Virus record (IMG/VR): IMGVR_UViG_3300032287_003803
Source of the DNA: an uncultured virus (IMG/VR IMGVR_UViG_3300032287_003803)
Taxonomy: Duplodnaviria > Heunggongvirae > Uroviricota > Caudoviricetes
DNA: 64,000 nucleotides
Strand: one strand, 5' to 3'
The stretch's first letter is position 1. The number at the start of each line of letters is the position of its first letter. Below the pieces are notes generated by a model. It did not search any database. It saw only the letters and a program-made list of their open reading frames with translations, and had not been told where the DNA came from. The translations under genes were made by a program, and so were the position numbers. Shown here piece after piece: positions 37,848 to 46,981 of the stretch.

Positions 37848-38492
37848 TTACCATTCCAAAGCTTCTGCCACTATAGGAAATTGATTTTTAATAATTTGTT
37901 TTGCTTGGATAGCTACGTCTCGGTGTTCTTTTTGAGTATTTTTTTCAGAACGAAGATCAATATAATGAATCCAGCTTCGCAAAGTTCCCGCCATATAGAG
38001 AGTTGTTTGAGTTCCTAATGGCAAAATCATTCTTGCACATTCTTTTGCCACTCCTGAATTAATTAATTCATTATAAATAGCTTGACTCTCTTCAAGTAAA
38101 TTATTTACTTTTCTTGAGGTTTCGGGATTTAATTCAATTTGATCTTCTCCAACTTGACGATTTGTTTTACCTTGCATTCTCCATTCGATAGGATGTATTT
38201 CCGAACAGGAGCTATATCTCTGAGAGAATTCTTGAAAGGAGAAACTGCGATGGCGCAAAATTTGAGCAGCAATAGCTCTGCTAGTGACAATTTTCATAGT
38301 TAAATGAACCATTTCAAAAGGACTCCAATGCTTGTGCTTTATTAAAAAAGCCAATAATTTAGGAGCGCTTTCTAAATTAAATTGATTATTTGGATTACTG
38401 ACTCTAGCGCAATACGAAATCAAATCTTCTGCGGAGTTTAAACCTTCAATTTGTGGTTGACTTGTAGAAATTAAGGCGACTTCTGTGTTCAT
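37848..38492 (-). CDS. thyX: Flavin-dependent thymidylate synthase
   Basis: HWSPFE, QILRHRSFSFQEFSQRY, KECARMILP, TQKEHR. Confidence 0.97.
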   Translation of the reverse strand: MNTEVALISTSQPQIEGLNSAEDLISYCARVSNPNNQFNLESAPKLLAFLIKHKHWSPFEMVHLTMKIVTSRAIAAQILRHRSFSFQEFSQRYSSCSEIHPIEWRMQGKTNRQVGEDQIELNPETSRKVNNLLEESQAIYNELINSGVAKECARMILPLGTQTTLYMAGTLRSWIHYIDLRSEKNTQKEHRDVAIQAKQIIKNQFPIVAEALEW

Positions 38493-38971
38493 TATTGCAT
38501 TTATAGCTTGTTGTTTCTTTCGATTTCTTTGATTTTAAGTTTTGCGTAAGCTTGTAAAATTTCATTTAGTTGTTGGCTATCGCCGCTATATTCTGTACCG
38601 ATGACAATCATGAGATTAGATTTCAAACTGCCGTCTGGCAATTCATTAATAAATTCCTGCAAGGTCTTTGCTGGTCGCAAAGCTTCTGGAGAGATTTTGA
38701 TATTTTTGATAATCTCTTGGGTTTGGCTCTGTTCTTGTGAACTGTTATAATTAACAGCAATGATGATTGCTGTGGAAACAACATAGATTGCGGCAATAAT
38801 GGCGACAATTGTTTTATGATTCATATTTAATTAAATCTGGATTCTCTTCTAAAAGATAAGATACAATGTTAACACATTCTTTTGCACTGAAATTAGTTTT
38901 CCAATCACAAACTTCACAAATAGCCTCTACTTCTTGCATGTATAGTTTGTATAGTTCTTCTTTATTGATTT

Positions 38972-39556
38972 TCATGTCCACATGTATTCGCGATAGTCAA
39001 TCATTTGCTTGAGAATGTTAGAGTCGGTTTCGCTAATGAGTTTCTCTATTTGATTTATATTGCCATATAATTGTTCATAAGTAAAGTCTTTCATTTCTGG
39101 AGGCAAAGGATATGTTGGATGACAAGCGGCTCTTTGAGCTTCGCAGTTCGGCCTGCCTTCTTTGATCCAGTGAGCGGCGGAATCAAGCCAGTTCTTGAAT
39201 TCACGATGCTGCGGCGTTCCATCCCAATCAACAAAAGACTCATCAGCCTCTTTCTTAAAGCTGAGAATCATTGCAAAATTAACATCAACAACAAGACTAG
39301 TAATGTCAGCCCAAGTGCGGGGAATTGCTTTACGAATTTCTTGGTGCTTAGGAAAGAAGAAGCATTGAATCTTATATTTGAAATCTTTAATTCTGCGCCA
39401 CATGATGCTAAAATACAAGCGAACATCCTCTCGAAAGAAGTATTGGATTGGATAATCTTTCTTTGTTTGCTTTTCCCAAGCGCTCCAGCCTACGGTGTCA
39501 TCGCGTGGATTCCATTCGAGGCTGCGGGGCTTTTTATACCAGAGGTCTTTATTCAT
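38972..39556 (-). CDS. Hypothetical phage protein
   Basis: 194-aa ORF in operon context. Confidence 0.7.
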   Translation of the reverse strand: MNKDLWYKKPRSLEWNPRDDTVGWSAWEKQTKKDYPIQYFFREDVRLYFSIMWRRIKDFKYKIQCFFFPKHQEIRKAIPRTWADITSLVVDVNFAMILSFKKEADESFVDWDGTPQHREFKNWLDSAAHWIKEGRPNCEAQRAACHPTYPLPPEMKDFTYEQLYGNINQIEKLISETDSNILKQMIDYREYMWT

Positions 39557-39563
39557 ATTTGAA

Positions 39564-40478
39564 TTATGCAGAGATTTTTTCCTTTGTCAACTCGCGAATG
39601 CGAAAAATAGCTAAATCTTTAAATTTTAATTCTGTATCCCAATAAACATCGCGGCCAAAACTATTAGGAATTGAAGCTGGCATATCAGCATGCTTGCGAG
39701 TGCCGTCAATGCCCTCGCTGTAATGAAACAGTGGAGTGGTTGGCCAAGTATCATAAGCAAGATTGAAGGCTTCTTCGGCACTCAAGTCGTCGTGCAAGAT
39801 GCTGTGATGCAATGAATCATAAGTGATAGGAATCTTGCGCGAATTATAAAAGTACTTGATAAGATTCTTGATGCCCCAAACACCTTTGGCATTGTCATTG
39901 TTTTCTAGCACAAGACGTTGACGGATATTGTCGGGAAGAGAATCATAAACACTCAAAACTTTATCAGCAAGTTTTTGAGGCTCTGATGTTTCCTGTCTTA
40001 CATGTATGTTAAGAGGCGAACGATAGTCTTGCGGCAAATCAAACAGGTCAAAAATCTCTGCATGCTGCTGTAGGTCAAGAATGCTGTTGTCGATGCAGTC
40101 TTGATTGCTGGAAGATAGCGTGATGTATTCGCTTGGGTGCGCTGACAAACGAATCGGATGAGAAGAGAGCGACTGCTTGATTGAATTGCAAACAGCAACA
40201 ATGCTTGCGTAATTAGGCAAGTCTGCAATGCGAAGCAGCACATCTTTGTGCGTTAGAACTGGAGCAAGAGAAGACGAGAGGCGATAGCCTTGAATATTAT
40301 TTAGTTGGCAAAAACGAATAGTATTGAGTGTCATCTTGAAATTATGCAAGATTCGCTCGGAAAGCTCTTGTATAGCAACGTTACGAGGCAGCTTGGCAAA
40401 CTGCGTGTAAGTCATGGAGCGAAAATTCTGCCCGTTGTCAGACAGTGTTTTTGAGATGCAGCAAAGTGATAGGTTCAT
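39564..40478 (-). CDS. uvsE: UV-damage endonuclease (UvdE/UvsE)
   Basis: YRLSSSL.P, RLSAHPSEY..LSS, NIHV, RLVLEN.D, PITYD.LHH, FHYSEG...HAD, ELKFKD.AI. Confidence 0.92.
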   Translation of the reverse strand: MNLSLCCISKTLSDNGQNFRSMTYTQFAKLPRNVAIQELSERILHNFKMTLNTIRFCQLNNIQGYRLSSSLAPVLTHKDVLLRIADLPNYASIVAVCNSIKQSLSSHPIRLSAHPSEYITLSSSNQDCIDNSILDLQQHAEIFDLFDLPQDYRSPLNIHVRQETSEPQKLADKVLSVYDSLPDNIRQRLVLENNDNAKGVWGIKNLIKYFYNSRKIPITYDSLHHSILHDDLSAEEAFNLAYDTWPTTPLFHYSEGIDGTRKHADMPASIPNSFGRDVYWDTELKFKDLAIFRIRELTKEKISA

Positions 40479-40519
40479 GGTTTACAATACCACTCTGCTG
40501 CTCCTTGTCAAGACAAGAT

Positions 40520-41107
40520 TTAATAATTAGGCTGCGAACAAAGAATATGATTAATTTCTTCTTTGATTTTTTTAATCATTCTATGTTTGGCAATATAAAT
40601 AGCGCTAGAATTGATCTTGTATTTATGCATTAGATTTTCATTTTTTAAATCATTAAAGTGCAAATCATAAAAAATCATATAGTCTTTGCTTTTATGATCT
40701 CTGCCTAGATTTTCAAAAGCTTGCATGAGAAGCTCTCTCTGATAAGATTTTTCTTGCGAAGCATCAAAATCCTGTTTTTCATCAGGCTGCATTTCCATCA
40801 AAAGATCATCGCCGCTGGTGATTTGCTTGTTTTTTCTTTGATTGCGCCGAACAATGTCCACCATGCGCCACTTGGCAAATGTTGTTACCCAAGAATGAAT
40901 CTTGCCTTTGGCAGAGTCGAACTTGTTTTCTTTGAAGTGGTTTGCCATTGAAACAAACACTTCTTGCACAACGTCATCAACGTCCTGTGAAGGCAACTTA
41001 TAGCAGTAAGCTAACGATCTTAGATACTCATTAAATTGAGTAAAAAAATCATTCCAACCTTGGCTGTTTCCCCAATCGGAAAGCTCTTGTTCTTTGAATT
41101 CGCTCAT
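40520..41107 (-). CDS. ECF-type RNA polymerase sigma factor
   Basis: DVDDVVQEVF...FDSAKG..HSWV..FAKWR.VD..RR (region 2) and C-terminal HTH. Confidence 0.85.
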   Translation of the reverse strand: MSEFKEQELSDWGNSQGWNDFFTQFNEYLRSLAYCYKLPSQDVDDVVQEVFVSMANHFKENKFDSAKGKIHSWVTTFAKWRMVDIVRRNQRKNKQITSGDDLLMEMQPDEKQDFDASQEKSYQRELLMQAFENLGRDHKSKDYMIFYDLHFNDLKNENLMHKYKINSSAIYIAKHRMIKKIKEEINHILCSQPNY

Positions 41108-41340
41108 TGATTGGAATTGTGTGGTCTAAATTTAGAAATCTCGTCTTGAAGAACAGAGTATTTTTTGTGAGAATGCCAGATTTCTGTGACATCTCCACTG
41201 ATGTATTTGCCTTCTGTTGTAATCACAACAGACTTTGGGGGCAAAAATAATTCTGGAGGTTGCTGATTAAATTCCCTATCGGGAATGGGTTTTGTCTGGC
41301 AACAGCCACAAGCAAGTAGAATAATAGTTAACTTTTTCAT
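41104..41340 (-). CDS. Small lipoprotein (possible o-spanin)
   Basis: MKKLTIILLACGC lipobox-like signal; Pro-rich. Confidence 0.5.
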   Translation of the reverse strand: MKKLTIILLACGCCQTKPIPDREFNQQPPELFLPPKSVVITTEGKYISGDVTEIWHSHKKYSVLQDEISKFRPHNSNQ

Positions 41341-41585
41341 TTTTTGAAATCTGCTAAGAAAGAGTGCATTTTTTGCTGCTCTTCAATAATTTCTTCGTTT
41401 AGATTGTCGGCTTTCTTTTGAGCTTGCGAGTTTGGAATGTTTCTTACCTTATCTCTCTCGCTTGAGAGTTTATCAATTCTAGAGTCAAACTTCTCTAGAA
41501 CATCAAAAAGAAAAGATTTATTACGCAGCTTGAGGTATTCGACCCCAAGCTGCAATAACAAAGGAATTGCATCCAGTATTTTCAC
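41337..41585 (-). CDS. Small coiled-coil protein (possible i-spanin)
   Basis: Weakly hydrophobic N-terminus, helical C-terminus, overlaps lipoprotein gene. Confidence 0.35.
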   Translation of the reverse strand: MKILDAIPLLLQLGVEYLKLRNKSFLFDVLEKFDSRIDKLSSERDKVRNIPNSQAQKKADNLNEEIIEEQQKMHSFLADFKK

Positions 41586-42100
41586 GAATGCTTTTTAAGC
41601 GCGTTAAAAATAGTCTTTTCCTCTTGACCAGCCTCACACTCACAGATGTAGCCGCCAATGTGCTTAGCGCAATCCATAGCCCAAACATACGCATCAGTGA
41701 AATACTGATCGTAGGAAGCTTGATGCTCGCCTTTTTGATTATAAACTGAATACCACTTAATACCTGATTTCTTTTGCATGTTGTTGTTCGTTATTGCTTG
41801 TTGCTTGTGCTCATTTTGATAAGGGAATCGTGAATCATGTGACGAGTTTCCCAGTCAATGATGCGTTCATTCTCGTCTTTTGGTAGCTCGGAAGTCACCT
41901 GCTCCAAGTTCAAGCCAAATGCTGAACAAAGAGCTTTGATCTTTCGAAGAACGCCGATTTCCTTATACTTTAAGACTGCCCAACAGAGGTCAATCTGTTC
42001 TGGCTTGCTTTTTTCAATTGCCTTGGCAAGAGTATTGCTCATGGTTTTTTTTACTTTATTTGTTTATTTGTGGTTTATTGTTTGTATGTTGAATACACAG

Positions 42101-43024
42101 TTATAATACTACAGAAAGGATGCTTGTCAAAGTATTTTTAGACTCTTCTCTTGCTTTTTCTTTCCAAGAGCGGAAGCAATAATCGCGAATTTCTAGAGAT
42201 GAATATTGAGTTTTCTCAACTAGTTCTTCTTCGCTGCTAACCACACAATAATCAGGTACGTCATAACCAGACAAGGCAATGGTATTTTTACAGCTATAGT
42301 CAAATAGAGTAAGAACATCATAATTGAGAGCCTCATAGAATCGGTTAGCCAAACAATTATAGTTGTTATGGTTAACTTCGTCTTCAATGTAGAGACTAGT
42401 CTGGAAATTAGAGAGTCCTTCTTTTGACCAGTTGATTCGGTCAATGAATGGGCCATTGACTCCAATTGAATTGAATTTTTCACGATTTTTTTGGTGTGTT
42501 GAGACAGTAACGCGACCTTTTAAAAAATTACGAAAAGAAGGCTCACGATCTTTACGAAAAGAACCGTAATAAATGCAGCCTGATTTTTCACTTTTTACTT
42601 CTTTTGGGTCAAAAATTAATGCATTTAAATTAATAAAGTGCCAATTGTCCACATATTTCTCCACAATTTTAGAGATGTTTGGGCTATGATTGGCGATAAC
42701 TTCATATCGACGACCTTCTTTAACAGCCATCCATAATGCTCTTGGTTCGCCAAGATTATATTCGTTGGTGATGTGAAACAGTTTGGCTTCTGGACTAGCT
42801 TTTAGCCAAGCATAATCAACGTAAGAATAATGGCTTGCATGATTAAAAATGATTCGATCATAGCCGCTCTTTATTTGATCATTCACTGTTGGATAGCTCC
42901 AAACAAGATCAACCTCATGACCTTCTTGATTCAAAAAGTCTTTGATCTTTTTAGCATTTAGCCAGTGAAGATTCTGCGGCTCTTTTAGAGAGCCTTTGTG
43001 AGAATCAATGATTAGAAATTTCAT
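42101..43024 (-). CDS. GT-B glycosyltransferase resembling T4 DNA beta-glucosyltransferase
   Basis: IYYGSFRKDRE and NNYNCLANRFYEAL recall T4 BGT YGGSFRSGQRE and NFITLRVWETM. Confidence 0.55.
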   Translation of the reverse strand: MKFLIIDSHKGSLKEPQNLHWLNAKKIKDFLNQEGHEVDLVWSYPTVNDQIKSGYDRIIFNHASHYSYVDYAWLKASPEAKLFHITNEYNLGEPRALWMAVKEGRRYEVIANHSPNISKIVEKYVDNWHFINLNALIFDPKEVKSEKSGCIYYGSFRKDREPSFRNFLKGRVTVSTHQKNREKFNSIGVNGPFIDRINWSKEGLSNFQTSLYIEDEVNHNNYNCLANRFYEALNYDVLTLFDYSCKNTIALSGYDVPDYCVVSSEEELVEKTQYSSLEIRDYCFRSWKEKAREESKNTLTSILSVVL

Positions 43025-43277
43025 TGTGGGAAAAATTCAACGCCCAAACGACCAAGAGTATCTTCAAAATGAGCATATCCCTCAAAAATAATTCGGTCTT
43101 CAATTACAAGAGTCTTGTAAATATCAAAAGGAAATTCTCCTCGTTCAGGCACTTTAACATAGTGAATTGCGCTGCCACTGCAATCAATAGTGCAGTTTTC
43201 GAATTCTTTTTCCATCCACTCAAGGTGAGATTGATTATTTGCTCCGACGATTTTAATTTTTCCAGTCATGTTATAAC

Positions 43278-43943
43278 TTAATATGTATATTTGAAAGTGT
43301 CAATGTCTTTTTCAAAAATTTTTTCAATTATGTTTTTGGTTTTAGAATTGTAATAATCTTTATAATCTGATCTTTTGCTTGAATTTTCGTGTGGAATATT
43401 GGGAGAAACGTGTTTGATTTTGCAAACATCAAGCATTTCTTTAAAATCATTTTTAAGATTTTCGAAACGTAAAATAAAATTTGGTTGAAATGAGCCATTA
43501 AGCCATTCAATTTGTTGATGAATAGCAATAAAGTCTTTTATATTATTTGCGTGATTTTCTTCCATGATTTCGCAAAAATTTTCAAAAGAAATGTCGCTAG
43601 ACTGATTATATAAATCTCCAAGTTTATTTTCTTTAGCAAACTGAAACATGGAAACTGCTCGGTCAAACGGGTTTCTTACAACAGCAAATGACATATAATT
43701 TTTAACTAAATTGCCAAAAATACCATAAATTTCATTTGGTTTGGCATGCGTTGGAGAAAACCACTTTTTATAAAGTTTATTTTTAAAAAGAGCGTCATTA
43801 AAAATTTTCTCATGCTTCTTAATTAAATTAAGATCACCAAGATGAGAATAAATAGAAGTGCTGGCGTTTTTAGGAATACGAATAAAAATAACGCTCCAAA
43901 TCCATTTATGAATGCATGGTGCAAACTCTAGCATTTTGGCCAA
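43278..43943 (-). CDS. Sulfotransferase (family 2)
   Basis: FIRIPKNASTSI, FAVVRNPFDRAVS, RFENL..DF, DI..F.Y. Confidence 0.85.
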   Translation of the reverse strand: MAKMLEFAPCIHKWIWSVIFIRIPKNASTSIYSHLGDLNLIKKHEKIFNDALFKNKLYKKWFSPTHAKPNEIYGIFGNLVKNYMSFAVVRNPFDRAVSMFQFAKENKLGDLYNQSSDISFENFCEIMEENHANNIKDFIAIHQQIEWLNGSFQPNFILRFENLKNDFKEMLDVCKIKHVSPNIPHENSSKRSDYKDYYNSKTKNIIEKIFEKDIDTFKYTY

Positions 43944-44446
43944 ACTTTAAATTTTAAGTTATCAAAAATATCAGAGAACTTAATGATTGAAATCTCGTCT
44001 TTGCGACCCTTGCGCTGATATATCTTGTAGAGAGCGTTTTTTGACGCATCTACGCGGCTATCTTGGTCAACTAACTTGAGGCAAAGCTTCCATAGGGCAG
44101 AGCGATTAACCATGATAAAATCATTCTCTCTTTCAAAAGCAATGAATTCTGCGGCTCCAATTAACCATCCAGCATTGCCTGCGACATTTAAAAACTCAAC
44201 CCAAATTAAATCATCGCTTGTCTCAGAATCGCTTCTTTTGATTTTTTTTCTTGCTTTAATGTCTATTGAGTAAATTGGATAGCCTTCTTTTGAGAGAAAC
44301 ACATCAATGTGAGAGAGTTGCTGCTTGCGATCCGCTTGAATAGCTTTCCAACCTTGTTTTTCCGCGATTGAAGTAAACAAGCTTTCTGCGTCGTGTCCTT
44401 TTTCGGAGCACTCTCCTGTTCTGTCGAAACGATTACGGTATCTCAT
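43928..44446 (-). CDS. PD-(D/E)xK nuclease-like protein
   Basis: G..AE, HIDV, SIDIK, IWVEF.NV.G..GWL. Confidence 0.7.
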   Translation of the reverse strand: MRYRNRFDRTGECSEKGHDAESLFTSIAEKQGWKAIQADRKQQLSHIDVFLSKEGYPIYSIDIKARKKIKRSDSETSDDLIWVEFLNVAGNAGWLIGAAEFIAFERENDFIMVNRSALWKLCLKLVDQDSRVDASKNALYKIYQRKGRKDEISIIKFSDIFDNLKFKVWPKC

Positions 44447-44957
44447 AATATGCGAAATCTTCTAAAAATTTAAAATTAAAAAGTTTTTTAGAAATTGCAA
44501 TGAATTTTTCTTTTTTATATTTTCTTCGCACATTTCCAGCTATGTATTCTACATCATATTTGGTCTTAATCAAGTTGAAAATTGCCAAGGCAGCTTTGGA
44601 TGTTAAATTTCGATCAAAGTTTCTTGATGCTGCAAAAACAAATTCGCAAGTTTTTGAAGGATTTATGATTTCAATAGCGCCGTTTGGTATTTCAAGAGTT
44701 TTTTTGTCAAGATCGAAGCAAATAAATCCCAATAAAGAGCCATTAACGGACGCAAAAAATATTTTAGTTTGTTCTGTCAAGTATTTAAAATGCTGTTCGT
44801 ATTTACTTGTTCGAGATGACAAAGTGCGGCTTTTAAAGTCCAAAGGTCGAGAACGATCAAAGAACTCGTAGTAAAGCAGTTTAAGCTGTCGGCTTTGTTC
44901 TTCATCTCCAAAAAATTCGTGTAATTTATAGTTTAAATAGTTATTATTTGTAGTCAT
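44433..44957 (-). CDS. Hypothetical protein, GNAT-like fold possible
   Basis: FFASVNGSLLGFICF pattern. Confidence 0.45.
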   Translation of the reverse strand: MTTNNNYLNYKLHEFFGDEEQSRQLKLLYYEFFDRSRPLDFKSRTLSSRTSKYEQHFKYLTEQTKIFFASVNGSLLGFICFDLDKKTLEIPNGAIEIINPSKTCEFVFAASRNFDRNLTSKAALAIFNLIKTKYDVEYIAGNVRRKYKKEKFIAISKKLFNFKFLEDFAYYEIP

Positions 44958-45972
44958 GCCCATTAACAATAAAGTTTCTAAAGACCTACTTGATTTAGAA
45001 CCAACAGCCGTATTAGAGTTTTATAAAATCTATTATGATACGGTTAATGAGCCTGACTCTTTCTTTCCATTCCATCCTTGCTCTAATGGTTTAGAAGGAA
45101 AAATTGTTTTTAACAATATTGCTTATGTACCTTTGGCCGTTGAAGTTGAGGATTTTGAATCAAATATTTTCAATAGAATTAATCGCCCAAAAATTAGAAT
45201 CAGCAATGAACAACTAATGATTAGCCAAATCTTGCGTCGAAAAAATGATTTTAAATTCGCCAAGCTGGAAAGAACTAAGGTTTTTGTCAAGTATATTGAT
45301 GACGTAAATTTTGAAGGAGGAGTTAATCCTTATGGAGTTGCAGACCCAAATTCAGAAATTTCTCGCGACTCTTATGTAATTTCTCAAAAAACTCAGGAAA
45401 ACAAGTCTCTTGTGGAGTTTGAATTAACTGCTCCGTTTGATTTGGAAAACTTTTCTATTCCTGGGAGATTGGTCATGGGAAGATATTGTTATTGGCAGTA
45501 TCGCGGTTTGGGATGTCATTATTTTGGCGCACCCGTTTGTCAAGCAGATGATTCTCCATTCACTTACGTTCCAACAGGCTCTTTTAACTTTCAGAGCACA
45601 AACAATGAGTGGCGCTATGGAATCACTTATAATGCGGGAACTATTGTGTATGTTTCAACACCAAAAGACCCTTTTAGAACTTGGTATGTTTGCACGGAGA
45701 AGCATCTTGCTTCTGAAAATAACATGCCTGGATTAGATAATGTGCCTTGGGAAAAGGACGGATGTTCCAAGTCTATTGGCTCATGCAAAAAAAGATTTTA
45801 TAATCAATCAATTTTTTATAGTGGAATCTCTGGTTCTTCTACTGTAACTGGTTCAGTTTACAATCCTGTTCCCAGCGTACAAACAGCCAATTTAACAACA
45901 TTTTATTTACCTTTTGGAGGCTTCCCAGCCACGGATAACTATCGGTATGAACAATCCTATCTTAAAAAATAA
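44956..45972 (+). CDS. Minor tail protein L (lambda gpL-like)
   Basis: RPKIRISN, VEFELTAPFDL, YCYWQYRG.GC.Y, DGCSKSIGSCKKRF, LPFGGFP. Confidence 0.92.
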   Translation: MPINNKVSKDLLDLEPTAVLEFYKIYYDTVNEPDSFFPFHPCSNGLEGKIVFNNIAYVPLAVEVEDFESNIFNRINRPKIRISNEQLMISQILRRKNDFKFAKLERTKVFVKYIDDVNFEGGVNPYGVADPNSEISRDSYVISQKTQENKSLVEFELTAPFDLENFSIPGRLVMGRYCYWQYRGLGCHYFGAPVCQADDSPFTYVPTGSFNFQSTNNEWRYGITYNAGTIVYVSTPKDPFRTWYVCTEKHLASENNMPGLDNVPWEKDGCSKSIGSCKKRFYNQSIFYSGISGSSTVTGSVYNPVPSVQTANLTTFYLPFGGFPATDNYRYEQSYLKK

Positions 45973-46351
45973 AAGTTTTAAAAAGCTTCTTGAATCTATT
46001 CGCGAGCACTGTGATAGATATTTTTCTCTAGAGTGTTGCGGCTTTATTGGTAAAAAAGATAAAGACTATGTTGCTCAATTTGTCAGCAATCGTTCTCCGA
46101 ATCCAAAAGACTTTTTTTGCGTTGACCCTCTTGATTATTTGAAATTTAAAAACGAACATGAGTTTATTGCATTACTGCATTCTCATATTGTTGGTGATGA
46201 ATCATTTTCAGAGATGGACATTTCTAATGCCGAAGCTACATGTCTTCCTTCTATTGTTTATTCTTTAGGCGCAAAGAAATTTGCTATTTATGAGCCAAAT
46301 AATCACGAAGTAGATGTAAATACCCTAAAGAAGGTAAAAGGTTATTTATGA
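45947..46351 (+). CDS. Tail tip assembly protein K-like (JAB/MPN domain)
   Basis: ECCGFI, NRSPNP..FF.VDP, LHSH...FSEMD. Confidence 0.88.
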   Translation: MNNPILKNKSFKKLLESIREHCDRYFSLECCGFIGKKDKDYVAQFVSNRSPNPKDFFCVDPLDYLKFKNEHEFIALLHSHIVGDESFSEMDISNAEATCLPSIVYSLGAKKFAIYEPNNHEVDVNTLKKVKGYL

Positions 46352-46980
46352 CAGAAATTCATTTACATGGTATTTTAGGGCAAAAATATGGAAAATTACA
46401 TAAATTTTCTGTTAAAGAGCCTAAAGATGTTGTTCGCGCATTAGAAGCTAATTACGAAGATTTTACTAAAGACCTTAAAGACCTTTTAAAGAAAAATATT
46501 TTTTATACCATTGTTGCAGATGATCAGTGGGTTCAAGGTCATGTTTTCTTAAACAAGAAAAATATTAAAAAAATAGACTTTGTGCCGACAATATTAGGAA
46601 GTGGTCCCATCGCGGGCACAGCTATTACTTGGTGGATGGTAGCAGTTTTAGTTATTTCGATTGCTTCTGCCGTATATTCTTATCTTCAAGCTGGGAAACA
46701 GCAATATCCTCAAATTCCTGGAGCAGAAGGCGTTTCATCCGCTAATTCTCGTTCTTTATCTTTCTCCAGTAGAGAAAACATCACAGAACAAGGCAATCCA
46801 GTGCCTCTTGTTTATGGCCGCATGAAGATTGGTTCTGCTGTAATTCAAAGCTCAATCAAGTCCTTCCCATTAACTTTAACTCTTACAGACGAGTTTTTAA
46901 ATTCAACAAATAAAAAATCAGCTAATCAGATGGCTATTATTGATAGTGCCGATTCAATATTGAGTAATCCAAAATATTAA
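46348..46980 (+). CDS. Tail tip assembly protein I-like
   Basis: IHLHG.LG.KYG, VVRALEAN, QGNPVPLVYGRMKIGS.VI. Confidence 0.9.
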   Translation: MTEIHLHGILGQKYGKLHKFSVKEPKDVVRALEANYEDFTKDLKDLLKKNIFYTIVADDQWVQGHVFLNKKNIKKIDFVPTILGSGPIAGTAITWWMVAVLVISIASAVYSYLQAGKQQYPQIPGAEGVSSANSRSLSFSSRENITEQGNPVPLVYGRMKIGSAVIQSSIKSFPLTLTLTDEFLNSTNKKSANQMAIIDSADSILSNPKY

Positions 46981-46981
46981 A

